A DNA stretch of 63,850 bases, the filler included, from Octopus bimaculoides (lineage: Eukaryota), in the NCBI RefSeq assembly GCF_001194135.2. It is 6 parts of 5 records of this genome, joined end to end, with 100 filler letters (N's around TTAATTAATTAA, not from the genome) between each part and the next. Parts side by side here need not be neighbours in the genome. Positions count along the whole stretch, not along the records: positions 11,822 to 24,380 come from NC_068984.1; positions 24,481 to 30,557 come from NC_068987.1; 4 more parts are not named here. One strand, given 5' to 3'. The notes below the pieces were generated by a model, which was not told the DNA's origin, did not search any database, and worked only from the letters and a program-made list of their open reading frames with translations. Each line of letters opens with the position of its first letter. The first letter of the stretch is position 1. Shown here piece after piece: positions 13,190 to 26,140 of the stretch. The position numbers were made by a program, and so were the translations under genes.

Positions 13190-14009
13190 TTCTATCTATC
13201 TTTCTATCTACTTATCTATTTGTCTACCTGTCCGTCCGTTTATCTATCTGTCTGTCGACGTCCCTCTCTCTATAGAGAGAGCCGCAGAACCTCCCAAAAC
13301 TAGACAATAACTAAGCAATGTCCACTGCTAATTAGGTTATCTCTGAAGAAAACCAAACCATACCAGAGAAGGCAATCTCCACGAATTATGAATCCACAAA
13401 CGCCGCTTTACAAGAATAAAGGGAGAACCCAGAATACTGAGACGAAAACACAAGAAATTCAGAATCGAGCAGACCTTATGTGCTTTCCCGTCTTCAGCTG
13501 GCCAAGCGGATATCGTTATGGTTTCGACACCTGGACAGTACCATTCAATCCAGCTGGGTCCACAGCATTAAAATATAAACACTACTTGGGAATCCTCCAA
13601 CGTATTATTTACAAGTAACAACATAAGAGTAAACAGATAGTGATAACTTACAGCTACAGAATGGTATTCATATCAAAGAACTAATTCCCAGAAGGACATT
13701 GAGACAATACAGCACACATAGGTGAGTGGATACCTTGTCTCTAAACCGACACCATACCATAAACATGATATCACACTAAAGAACAAGCCTAATAACGATT
13801 AGTGGAACAGTACATCAAGTTAACAGCATCCTCGAACTACGTACAGAGGGAAGGACAAGCGTGGATCAATATCTATGAAACAAGTTTAGTGATACAGAAT
13901 ATATTAACCAAAGAAGCTGCTTACCAAAAGTAAAACAATAAGAAGAATTAAAAATAAATAAATGAATAAAAATAAGCATTAAATAAAAAATGAGAGAAAA
14001 TAGGAAGTA

Positions 14010-14049
<40 letters not shown>

Positions 14050-14682
14050 CAAGAAATGAGGGCAGGGAATCGTCAATTAATAATAGAATTAATAATTAAC
14101 AATTTTGCCAAGTAGTTCAGTATTTGTTTTTTATTTTTNNNNNNNNNNNNNNNNNNNNNNNNNNNNNNNNNNNNNNNNNNNNNNNNNNNNNNNNNNNNNN
14201 NNNNNNNNNNNNNNNNNNNNNNNNNNNNNNNNNNNNNNNNNNNNNNNNNNNNNNNNNNNNNNNNNNNNNNNNNNNNNNNNNNNNNNNNNNNNNNNNNNNN
14301 NNNNNNNNNNNNNNNNNNNNNNNNNNNNNNNNNNNNNNNNNNNNNNNNNNNNNNNNNNNNNNNNNNNNNNNNNNNNNNNNNNNNNNNNNNNNNNNNNNNN
14401 NNNNNNNNNNNNNNNNNNNNNNNNNNNNNNNNNNNNNNNNNNNNNNNNNNNNNNNNNNNNNNNNNNNNNNNNNNNNNNNNNNNNNNNNNNNNNNNNNNNN
14501 NNNNNNNNNNNNNNNNNNNNNNNNNNNNNNNNNNNNNNNNNNNNNNNNNNNNNNNNNNNNNNNNNNNNNNATATATATACATATATACATACATATGTAT
14601 GTATGCACTAAATTTACTGTGTAAAAACGCTTTAAGTTTCTATATGAGTTGGGGGTTTGAACTTGTTGAATTTTAATCCTCA

Positions 14683-14755
14683 CAGTTCGTGGTATCTTTG
14701 GATAACGCGCCTGAGTGCGGATCAGGAGATTCCAGGTTCGTCTCCTGACGGTCTC
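14683..14755 (+). pseudogene. tRNA-Arg(ACG)-derived pseudogene
   Basis: TGGATAACGCGCCTGAGTGCGGATCAGGAGATTCCAGGTTCGTCTCCTG closely follows eukaryotic tRNA-Arg(ACG). Anticodon stem CCTGA/TCAGG pairs, loop reads GTGCGGA (anticodon GCG), T-loop A58 is lost, acceptor and D arms are degraded. Confidence 0.75.
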
Positions 14756-14774
14756 AAACAGTTTGATGTTTTAG

Positions 14775-15230
14775 GTGTAGGTGTGGCCGGGTGGTAAGAA
14801 GTTTGTTCCTCAAACATGGTTACGGGTTCAGTCCAGCGGCGTGTCATCTTTGGTAAGTGTCTCTTGCTATAGTTCTGGGCCTATCAGATCCACTCACAAG
14901 CAAATGGACTTGTGAGTGAGTTTGATAGACGAAAACTAAAAGGTGACTGTCATATATGTGTGTATACATACATACATACATACATACATACAAACACACA
15001 TATATTTATGTATGTGTGTATATGCTTGTCTCCACCACCGCTTAACAACATGTGTAGGTCTGTTTGTGTCTACGTAACCTAACATTTCGACAAAAGAACT
15101 GACGGAAAAAGTACCATTCTTAAAACAAATAAACAAATAAACTAAATTCTAGGATTATTTCATCCCACTAAAACATTTCAAGGCCGAGCCCCAGCATGGC
15201 CGCTGTCCAAGTGAGTGAAAGAAGTTAGTG
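14775..15230 (+). mobile_element. SINE family B (diverged, internal microsatellite)
   Basis: gtggccgggtggtaagaagtttg...ggttcagtcc...ttggtaagtgtc head; 3' ccagcatggccgc...gaaag end. Confidence 0.75.
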
Positions 15231-15259
15231 ATATATATATAAATATACATATATATATA

Positions 15260-15400
15260 TACAGGGTGAGATCGGTAAATTGTCGCTATTTTATATTTTT
15301 AATTTCGCGCATGCGCTGTGTTTGTTTTTGATTTTCTCGACTACACAATATAGTAGGGTCAGTTGGGCAACCCTCATTTGTTGTTTACGACAAGATAATC
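15260..15400 (+). mobile_element. Tc1/mariner-like terminal fragment
   Basis: TA followed by CAGGGTG..., a typical Tc1/mariner terminus. No matching right end was found. Confidence 0.3.
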
Positions 15401-16150
15401 CATCATCATCACCGTATACACACTAACACACACAAACAAAGACACACATAAACATATGTGCATCTATATATATACGTGCAAATGTAAATATATATCTATT
15501 TCCATTTACACACACATACCTATGGCAATCTATCTATCTATCTATCTATCTATCTGTATATGTACGTATATATATNNNNNNNNNNNNNNNNNNNNNNNNN
15601 NNNNNNNNNNNNNNNNNNNNNNNNNNNNNNNNNNNNNNNNNNNNNNNNNNNNNNNNNNNNNNNNNNNNNNNNNNNNNNNNNNNNNNNNNNNNNNNNNNNN
15701 NNNNNNNNNNNNNNNNNNNNNNNNNNNNNNNNNNNNNNNNNNNNNNNNNNNNNNNNNNNNNNNNNNNNNNNNNNNNNNNNNNNNNNNNNNNNNNNNNNNN
15801 NNNNNNNNNNNNNNNNNNNNNNNNNNNNNNNNNNNNNNNNNNNNNNNNNNNNNNNNNNNNNNNNNNNNNNNNNNNNNNNNNNNNNNNNNNNNNNNNNNNN
15901 NNNNNNNNNNNNNNNNNNNNNNNNNNNNNNNNNNNNNNNNNNNNNNNNNNNNNNNNNNNNNNNNNNNNNNNNNNNNNNNNNNNNNNNNNNNNNNNNNNNN
16001 NNNNNNNNNNNNNNNNNNNNNNNNNNNNNNNNNNNNNNNNNNNNNNNNNNNNNNNNNNNNNNNNNNNNNNNNNNNNNNNNNNNNNNNNNNNNNNNNNNNN
16101 NNNNNNNNNNNNNNNNNNNNNNNNNNNNNNNNNNNNNNNNNNNNNNNNNN

Positions 16151-16193
<43 letters not shown>

Positions 16194-16720
16194 CTCACAC
16201 ACACATACACTGCTATATACATACATATATATACACGCACGCTTTCACTCGCGCATATCTTCGTTCATACCTTCATCGTTCATTGTTAATCGTGAATAAT
16301 AAAACTGTTGTTTGGATCAATTCCAGCTGCAGGAATTTTGATTCCGGTTTCATCTTACCAAATACCTTTACCACCCGTCAAGATCTCTGTAGCTCCCTCC
16401 TACAAGTCAGCACCACCGCAGTCTCCAACTCACCCCACCGCCCACCATCACCCACCACCACTTCCACACCGCCCCTCCATCACCATCAGCACCGCACGCA
16501 ACCATCAGAAATTTATATATATATATATATATACATATCTGTATTATATATATGTATATGTGTGTATTATCGTGATCATCCGGGCCTAGTCCGGCAACAC
16601 GCCCTTTTATCTTTCCCCTTATCTTCATCTCTTTGTATACTTCTTCGCATATCCTCATCTCCCTTACCAACTCTCTGTATTTATATATGTGTGTGTGTGT
16701 GTGTGTGTGTATTACACACA

Positions 16721-16781
<61 letters not shown>

Positions 16782-18110
16782 GTATATATACATATATGCA
16801 TATACATATATGCATATGTATACACATATACATTTATATACACACATACACACACAAACACACCCACATGCCCACACGCATACATTTATGTATACGTACA
16901 TACACATGTATATATATGAAAGCACCGGTTTATCTGACATTACTTGTCACTCCCGCAGAGTAAGTATATACCAAGTTTGTATTGATGACTAATAACAAAA
17001 GTGTGAGCTGGCAGATGTCCGAGTTATAAATAAAGAACCGGACAATCGGATTCAGGTGTTCTCATCCGGTCATTGACCGTATTATTATCATGTCATTGCA
17101 TGACATGGCCTTTATAATGCTCAGTCCAGCCAGTGGCGGGAGTTCGTTATAAGAACGATCTTTGTCGAGCTTTTATGGAAGTAAAAAAACAATGGCAGAC
17201 AAACCAAAATCGGTTTAATGAGTGCGTTTTACGTAGAATACAAATAAACAAAGAGAATTATGTTGGAGAATTAATTTTTACAGCTGTTTTAGGTGAACAC
17301 AAATTATTCCATGCACCTACGATATTATGAGACTTTATTACAAAATATACACTGTTACAGTATCAATCGTACCTGACCCGAAACAGCTGTTAAGTTAAGA
17401 TCATTATGCAATTATTTTGTATATTTGTATTTCTTATAAATACACTTATTGCACTTTTGTTTAACTGCTCCTTTTAACTTCTTTCTCTCTCTGTCTCTCT
17501 ATCTCTTATTATCTATCTTCTCTCCCTCTCTCTTCCTCCTCACTCTCTCCTTCTTTCTGTCTCTATAGATATGTTTGTGTATATACATGTGTATATATAT
17601 GTGGATATGCATGTATGTATATATATATATATATATATNNNNNNNNNNNNNNNNNNNNNNNNNNNNNNNNNNNNNNNNNNNNNNNNNNNNNNNNNNNNNN
17701 NNNNNNNNNNNNNNNNNNNNNNNNNNNNNNNNNNNNNNNNNNNNNNNNNNNNNNNNNNNNNNNNNNNNNNNNNNNNNNNNNNNNNNNNNNNNNNNNNNNN
17801 NNNNNNNNNNNNNNNNNNNNNNNNNNNNNNNNNNNNNNNNNNNNNNNNNNNNNNNNNNNNNNNNNNNNNNNNNNNNNNNNNNNNNNNNNNNNNNNNNNNN
17901 NNNNNNNNNNNNNNNNNNNNNNNNNNNNNNNNNNNNNNNNNNNNNNNNNNNNNNNNNNNNNNNNNATTAATATACACACATATACACATATATATGTAGA
18001 TATGATAGAGACACATACACACACAAATATCCACATACACATGTATAGATATAGATACATTTGTATGTATGGTAGTGCTCCAGCATGGTTGAAACAAGTA
18101 ACAAATAAAG

Positions 18111-18148
<38 letters not shown>

Positions 18149-18639
18149 TCTCCCTATATATATATATAAACATTATGTATGTATATATTAGTGTATAGCG
18201 AAGCTGATATTTATGACATTTATAAAACATATCTAGGTATTGCTTGTAAAAGACAAAATTTGTCGTAAATGTGTGTGAGTGTGTGTGTATATGAGTGTGT
18301 GTGTGTGTGTGTGATTATGCGTGTACGTGTAAGCTTGTGTAGGTGTTTGAAGGCACGTATTTCTGTTGGCAATTTCAATTTGGCAATAATTTTATTTTCG
18401 GTGCAAAGCGTTTAATATCTCGAGGGCAAACTTCAATGTGGTAGATTGATTAAGATCAGTAGGGGCTTGCAGTTTGTAGTGCTCAAACCCCTCACGAAAT
18501 GTGAGATGATTCTATAGTAACTAGTACTGGGAAGCGATTTAAATAATTCTGTGCTATTTAGAATCTCTTGTTACGTTTTTAAAGAAACATTATGAAATTT
18601 GGGAAAGAAAAATCTACAATTGATGTTGGCGCAGTCAAG

Positions 18640-19265
18640 TTTGTATCGTTAAGAAACTCGCTTTTTAACCACGCGGCTTCGGGTTCAGTCCAGCTACGCG
18701 GTACCTTCGGTAAGTGTCTGCAACGCAAGCACCGGGCCGACCAATGCTTTGTGAGTGAATTTTGTTACCGGAAACTATGTGGAAGCCCGTCTCATATATA
18801 TATATATATATGTATATATATGTACGTATATTTGTACGCGTATGTCTAGTTGCGTTTGTAACCTCTCACCGCTTGACAACCGATTGATTGGTTTGTTGGT
18901 TTGTTTCCATCCCTGAAACTTAGCAGTTTGGCAAAAGAGATTGACAGAATAAGTACTACACTTAATATAAGTAGTGGAGTAGATTTGTTCGACTAAACTT
19001 ATCAAGGCTACCCCCTACCATGGTTGCTTTCTGATGGCTGAAACGAGAAACAAGGAAGAGTTTTCCACTCTAGGCACAAGGCCTGAAATTTTGGGGTGAG
19101 GGGGCCAGTCGATTAGATCGACCCCAGTACGCAACGGGTACTTAATTTATCGACTCTGAAAGGATGAAAGGCAAAGTCGACCTAGGCAGAATTTGAACTC
19201 AGTTCGTAAAGACAAACGAAATACCGTTAAGCATTTCGCCCGGTGTGCTAACGTTTCTGCCATCT
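18640..19265. mobile_element. SINE B (+, about 18640-19060) joined to SINE A (-, about 19060-19265)
   Basis: Shared family motifs gggttcagtcc...ccttcggtaagtgtc, and the reverse complement of gagttcaaattc...gtcgactttgcctttcatcc. Confidence 0.75.
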
Positions 19266-19980
19266 CCACACATATGCATACGCACACACGTGTGTATAAA
19301 CACAAAAAAGAGGAGAGAAATAGAAAGAGAATGAGTGTCTCTTCACCCAAAGAAAATATTAAAGATGAAACGCAAATATCAAAGAATCTCTATGTAAACA
19401 ATGCTTCTGGTTTTGTGCTTCTGGTGCAAAGTCTTGGAGAATGTTCTACTCTCGTTTTCTGATCAATTCCAACGAACAGGAAATATTAGATTTCGTACTT
19501 TTATGATGCCAGTCAGGAAAGATATCAGACTCGCCTAACCCATTTTTTCCCCTGATATAACAGTTGTGAATCGTTACAGTAACCATATTACCGGATCATA
19601 ATTCAAATCAAATAAATTGTATATACATTAAACATTTCCGATTCTCCAATATACGCCGTGTTGTGCAAAGATAATTAAATAACGGTACGTTGCCAGTCAA
19701 GGTACTGTTATGTCAATTTGACTGATCTTCCCGTTCCTCGATGTATCTCGAAACAGAGATGAAACTAGTCAAGCCATTCAAATGAGGTGATTTCCTCCTT
19801 AGCAACTCTGAGTTTCGACCATTGCGTTTTTCAGGTTTTGCTGGGGATATTCTCTATCGAAACCTAACGAACGCATATGCGAAACTCCGTGCGGCTAAAA
19901 AGTGAATCATGGACTTTATACAAATAAATAATCGCTACTTTATATAAATATATTGAATACTATTTTCTCCTACTCTAAAC

Positions 19981-20047
<67 letters not shown>

Positions 20048-20696
20048 GTGTATTCATCTTCTTTATGCTTTGTGTATTTACCAACCCCCATCACCACCAT
20101 CATCACAAACAATAAACAGCTGGCGATTCTGCTCATTTTCATTGTGCATCATTGCTCATTTCTGCACTTCCTCTTTTCAATGTCTCCCCCTCCTCTCCAC
20201 CACCGCCACCGAAAACATTAACAATAACAAGAGCAACATTAACCTTTTTTTTTTCCTCCTTTACTCTTTCTTCCTCACACTTGATGACATTCAATTTCTA
20301 CTTTTCTAAGGAAACCTTACACCTTTACCTTCCTCTTCTCTCCACATTTGCCGACGCAACGCTTCCCCATTTCAAAATATGATATTCATTGAATGTACTG
20401 TTTGTCTTTTGCTAAAACTTCTTCCATGAAGAATCATCTCACCAAATTTCTTGATGCTCCCGATCCTCTTCTTTTACCAAAATGAACCATCAAACGTCTG
20501 TGGCTTTCATTGAGGAATTTTTTCGGCTCGTTACGTCATAGAAATAGATTTGATAGACAAAATACACAATCTGTACTCATTTCACCCTCGCACCAGATAT
20601 CTAAAGTTAAGCTGGGTTTAAGAGGTTCTCAACTTTAAAAATACCTCACGTATTATTTAATTGTCCTTTTAAGGACAGAAACTAAGTAGCAAACGA

Positions 20697-20846
20697 TTCT
20701 TCTTCTTCTTCTTCTTCTTCTTCTTCTTCTTCTTCTTCTTCTTCTTCTTCTTCTTCTTCTTCTTCTTCTTCTTCTTCTTCTTCTTCTTCTTCTTCTTCTT
20801 CTTCTTCTTCTTCTTCTTCTTCTTCTTCTTCTTCTTCTTCTTCTTC
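20697..20846. repeat. Pure (TTC)50 trinucleotide repeat
   Basis: 150 nt of uninterrupted TTC. Confidence 0.97.
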
Positions 20847-21047
20847 TCTTTTTGCTCTTATTATTATTATTTTATGTTTGACTTTTGTTTTGCATTTGTA
20901 CAAGTTGGATCCAAGTCTCACCCAGAGACCTCAAGAGACAACAAGTTAGAAGTTCATGTAGGTGTTATGCCTAGGGTACCATATATTTGGATTTGTACAG
21001 TTTTGTTCAAGTGAATGTTTAAGAAACCATAAGAAAATTATGTTTGC

Positions 21048-21086
<39 letters not shown>

Positions 21087-21088
<2 letters not shown>

Positions 21089-21500
21089 GGCGATGAGCTA
21101 GCTGGTCGAATCGTTACCGCGCCGGGCAAAATCCCTATCGGCATTTTATCCATCTTCATCTTCTGAATTCAAATTCCGCCTGAGGCCGACTTTGCTTTCA
21201 TCCTTTTTGGGTTTTGAATACTAGGGTCGATCTAATCCACTTACTCTTCCACCAAACCTGCTGTCCTTCTGCCAAAATTTGAAACCATTATTATCGTTGT
21301 TGGTGTTGTTAAGGCGGTTAGTGAGCAGAATCTTTAGCTCGTCGGACAAAATGCATAGCGGCGTTTCGTCCGGTCCCTTACGCTCTAAATTCAAATTCCG
21401 TCGAGGTCCACTCCACCTTTCACCTCTCCGAGGTCAATAAAATAAAGTTCAAGTCAAGTACTGAGATCGATGTTATCGGCTCAAAATTGCTGGCCTCACG
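21087..21500 (+). mobile_element. Two head-to-tail SINE family A copies after an (ATT)n run
   Basis: aaggcgatgagc... (21087) and aaggcggttagtgagcagaatc... (about 21310), each with ttcaaattcc and cctttcatcc/cctttcacc cores. Confidence 0.8.
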
Positions 21501-22789
21501 CTTGGATTATAGTCAGGTGAGGGACCTCATCACATTCTGATGAGATCTGCTACTGGGACCATGCTGGAGCACGGATGAATGGCCATCCGGTTAGGGAAGT
21601 CAATAGCATACTTGCCCAATATTTCTGCTAAGAAAACATTATGAGAAAGTCAGAACGCAGTAATAGTGTCATCTGATGGGAGAACTGGCGCCGGACCAGG
21701 AAGACATTTGTTGTAATGTCATCAACGCGCTGCAATGGCGTACGATTCATGACGGCGACAACGACAACCAAGCTTGAATTAGATGCAGTTATCTCCATTA
21801 ATGTATTTGAATGCCGTAGCAAGCAGACGTGCTTCGCACAGCTCCCACTACGAGAAGAATTTTACCTGGCTTACTTAAGAAAACAAACAAACAAACAAAA
21901 AAAAAAAAACAAAAAAACCCCAGAAAAATCTTCATTTTGACTCTGGAGTATTGACAGAAGGCTTTTGGATTTAAGTCTCCACCCCATTCCGGCGGGTGGA
22001 AAATAGATTTGTCTTTGACATTGTTTTTTTAACTGCGCGTTTCTTCTGGCAAGCAGCAATTTGTATTCTTCTTGTTTCGGTAAAGCAAAATGATTGACAT
22101 CCGGAGAAGCTACTTGACACAATGGTAGCATAAAATAACAACATCCCACAGAATATTTCAAAAACAACAGAAAAAGCATAAGAANNNNNNNNNNNNNNNN
22201 NNNNNNNNNNNNNNNNNNNNNNNNNNNNNNNNNNNNNNNNNNNNNNNNNNNNNNNNNNNNNNNNNNNNNNNNNNNNNNNNNNNNNNNNNNNNNNNNNNNN
22301 NNNNNNNNNNNNNNNNNNNNNNNNNNNNNNNNNNNNNNNNNNNNNNNNNNNNNNNNNNNNNNNNNNNNNNNNNNNNNNNNNNNNNNNNNNNNNNNNNNNN
22401 NNNNNNNNNNNNNNNNNNNNNNNNNNNNNNNNNNNNNNNNNNNNNNNNNNNNNNNNNNNNNNNNNNNNNNNNNNNNNNNNNNNNNNNNNNNNNNNNNNNN
22501 NNNNNNNNNNNNNNNNNNNNNNNNNNNNNNNNNNNNNNNNNNNNNNNNNNNNNNNNNNNNNNNNNNNNNNNNNNNNNNNNNNNNNNNNNNNNNNNNNNNN
22601 NNNNNNNNNNNNNNNNNNNNNNNNNNNNNAAAGGAGAACGCCAGAGATAAAGAGAGAGAGGGAGGGAGAGTAAGAGAGGCAGAAAGAAGAAAAAGACAGA
22701 GAAAGAGTGTGAGAGAAAGAGAGAGAGAGATAGAGAAGGGAGAAAGATAGGTAGAGAAAAAGAGAGGGAGAGAAAGAGAGGGAGAGAAA

Positions 22790-22837
<48 letters not shown>

Positions 22838-22859
22838 ACCTCCTGTTTGAGGATTTTGA

Positions 22860-23350
22860 TCAAAATAGGGCGAGATCGAAAGTGACAAAGAATAGGAAGA
22901 TTTGAATATGTCCCCGAAAAAGGATTTAGAATGTGCTTTAAGCGATGTTAGAGACAAGTTGTGTATTCTCTGGAAAAAGCAGACAACTCTACTGACACTA
23001 CGCAAATAAGGAAGAGAAATACAAAGGAAATACGGTAAGACTATTGTCGAGCCGACATTTGGCTTTGTGTCGCCTTTTCCCAATAGAACACGGGAAGGTG
23101 TCGAGGATAGAAGTGGTTTACAACATGTGATAAGATGGGAGCCTGCATTAAACTGCAGGTACTGAAGACCCGGAAAGAAGTCAAGGCCATTCTGGAAGTG
23201 TACCAAGTTGCAGTAGCGGTCAGAACGATGGTGAAGAATAGAGGGAGCCACATGCACGGATCTAAAGACCACTCAAGAACTATCTGTATAGAAGGTAAAA
23301 ATCTGATTGGAAAAAAGGAGCGTATTACGAGGCGAGAATGGTAAGAGCAA
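22860..23350 (+). mobile_element. Possible L1/Tx1-like ORF1 remnant
   Basis: HGKVSRIEV...MGACIKLQVLKTRKEVKAILEV weakly parallels the 32510-33300 ORF1 remnant (YGRRTSKIRIEEV...WLVAAMLLNLEDRATILQ). Multiple stops. Confidence 0.35.
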
Positions 23351-23934
23351 TAAACGAAGACGATGAACCGGAAGATTACGGTGGCTACTGTTGAAAACAC
23401 AGTACCAACATTTGCGTCTCCGAAGACGGTTGGAGTATTTCTACAGGGCTTTTTGTTGGACTTTCAGTACCAACCTGCTCCAAAACCAACCTTGGTTCTT
23501 TGATACTGTCTACTTTAAAATTACTTAAGTTAAAGCGTTACATAAAAGTTTCATGTGAAATGTTTCAGACACTACTCTAAGAATGACATTTTTCTAAGTA
23601 TTTCAATGTTTTAAAAATTAATTGAAAAAAAAAAAAAGGTCGTGTATTTTGAAGGGAGTTAAATGTTAAAACCGTGATAATTTTTGCCAATTTTCAAAGA
23701 CTGCGATTTCCAGTGTTGATATGGAAAGCAGAAAATGCTGGTGAATGAAAGAATTCCTTCGCAATTGAAGTATTTTAGATCGATGTTTGTTATTTTGAAT
23801 TGACATTTTAATTCAATGGTGTCTGATGGAAGAGTGGGACGGACGAAGTCTTTGTTTTTATCTTTCTTGAGCGCTTCTTTGGAAATATGTTTGGCCGGGA
23901 CCCTTTGTTTGCTGGATATTAAAAGATGTCTAGT

Positions 23935-24380
23935 GTGACATAAGAGAGATCTGCAACGGCATTGATTGACGTTGTTCTATCTTTGATTGTTTATACTTAT
24001 TACAGTCACTGGACTGCAGCCGTGCTGGAGCAGCGCCTTGAAGAATGTAGTCCAACAATTCGGTCCAAGAACAATTTTTTAGAAGTCTTGTACTAATTGT
24101 ATCGGACCGTTTTGCCAAACTGCTAGGTTACAGTGACATAAACAAACCAACATCTGTTGTCAAGTGGTGGGGACAAACACTCACACACACACACACACGT
24201 ATGTACGCGTACACATGCACACGCAGACATGCACACACACACGCACACGTACACACACATACACACATACAGACACGTACGTACACGTACACATGCGCAC
24301 ACACATGCGCGCGCACATGCACACGTACACATGCACACACGTACACACGCACACACACACACACACACACACGTATGCAC
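23935..24380 (-). mobile_element. SINE family B 3' half with expanded internal (CA/CG)n microsatellite
   Basis: Reverse complement of ccttgaagaatg...gctggagcagcgcc and ggttgtcaag...gggggacaaacac motifs. Confidence 0.7.
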
Positions 24381-25821
24381 NNNNNNNNNNNNNNNNNNNN
24401 NNNNNNNNNNNNNNNNNNNNNNNNTTAATTAATTAANNNNNNNNNNNNNNNNNNNNNNNNNNNNNNNNNNNNNNNNNNNNCTTTGAGCATGATCCTATAA
24501 ATCGAGAAAAAAAAATAAAAAAGAAAGAGAGAGAGAGAGAGAGCACTTCGCTCTCATGTGTCTATTCCCGGCTGAGGTTACCATGGTCTTTTCCGTAGGC
24601 TTTTCTCTCCATGGATAAACCTAATGTTACCCCATTTTACACAATTGACATTTTCTGTGATATACGATACACCCCCCCCCTTTTTTGCCCCTACCGATCC
24701 CTTTTGATCGGATTTTTTATTTATTTATTTATTTATTTTTTAAAGAAAAGCTCTACAGTTGTATTTGTCCCCTCTGTGTGCAGCCTTGTGTGGCTAATAA
24801 AAGAAAGTTATCTTTATACACCCACACTCACATGCAAACGTGCGTGCATGTACGTGTGTGTGTGTGAGTGTGTTGTTGGATTTACTGATTGTTATAAAAA
24901 CCATTTCTTACAAGCAACATAGATCGAACCAGTGAATTTCTTCGTACGAACTGGAAGAAATTTTTAATCGTTCTAATACGACTTAACCCGGATAATAGCA
25001 TAACTTAACTATTGCATTATAAGAAGAAGACGAGATGTGCTATCAGTTTCTTCTCTATTCACTATCGTTTCGTAATAATAGAGGGAAGTAATTCACGAGG
25101 ATTAACTATCTAAGCTCATTGTTGTATTATAAATGTAATCATTTGCACGTTGCTTGTGCTATTGGATAAGGGTTATTTTGTTACTTGCAATGTTATCTTA
25201 AATAAATGTTTTAGAGATGGTAAGTTTCAATTATATGACAATTTATTCAGTATAAACATTATTTTGTGAACCTGGATTCATCATAATCGAAAACAGAGCA
25301 CACTGACGTAATCCAGCTGGCTTCGAATTGAGCATGTGTTTAGTTCTCCATAGCTCCATATCGTTCCCAGCTTTTCGGTCATTGCTCATGAATGGAAAAC
25401 CGAAGCAATGCAAACAAATTGAGACTTCTCATAAACTTAGATTCACTCAAGAGATACAAAATAGTCTCTGCATGTTTGACTTATGGAGATGACATTAGTC
25501 CCGTGCCAACACAATATGCACAATTTATCCATGATATCTGTGAGCATTAACTCTTTGCAACTCGGTAACAGCTTGGTGGAGATTGTTTAGAGGAGTGTTT
25601 TAAGCCCTAACAAGTTTAAGTAAGAATTTTAACTTCCGAGCAATGACTGTAGCTAAAGATGGAGATGGGTCAATTTCTGTTGCCTAAATCTGTAGCTTGA
25701 ACCATTAATTAATCTTGTAGCGTTTTTAGAAATCCGTACGTTTGATTTGTCCATCATGCATTACCAGGCAAGAGATCTTGACTCATCAGAAATGCATTAT
25801 GATTTGTATAGTATTATGTAG

Positions 25822-26140
25822 AGAGGGAGCGTGGCTTAGTGGTTATGAATATTCGGCTCGTGATCGTAATGTCATGAGTTCAATTACCGGCGATGCGTTG
25901 TGTCCTTCAGCAAGACACTTTCTTTCACATTGTTTCAGTTCACCTAACTGGAAAAAATGAGTAGTATCTATAATTCAAAAGTGTCAGCCTTGTAGCATTC
26001 TGTGTTATCCTGAATCTCACTTAGATCTACGCAAATGGTAGGCGTGTCTGTGGAGTGCTCAGCCACTTGCGCGTTGATATTGCGAGCAGGCTGTTCCGTT
26101 GATCGGATCAACTGAAACCTTTGTCATTGTAACCGACGGA
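25822..26140 (+). mobile_element. tRNA-derived SINE with CORE-like middle
   Basis: A-box TGGCTTAGTGG, B-box GAGTTCAATTACC, then tgtccttcagcaagacactt...cagttcacctaactggaaaaaatgagt resembling a CORE domain. Confidence 0.75.

Noticed and set aside
17380-17396. GAAACAGCTGT, the same stem III palindrome as HHR-2
   Set aside because: No upstream CUGANGA or stem II; at most half of a decayed motif.
21500-21850. Possible RTE 3' remnant (...RTRKTFV...)
   Set aside because: Similarity is too weak to call without an alignment.
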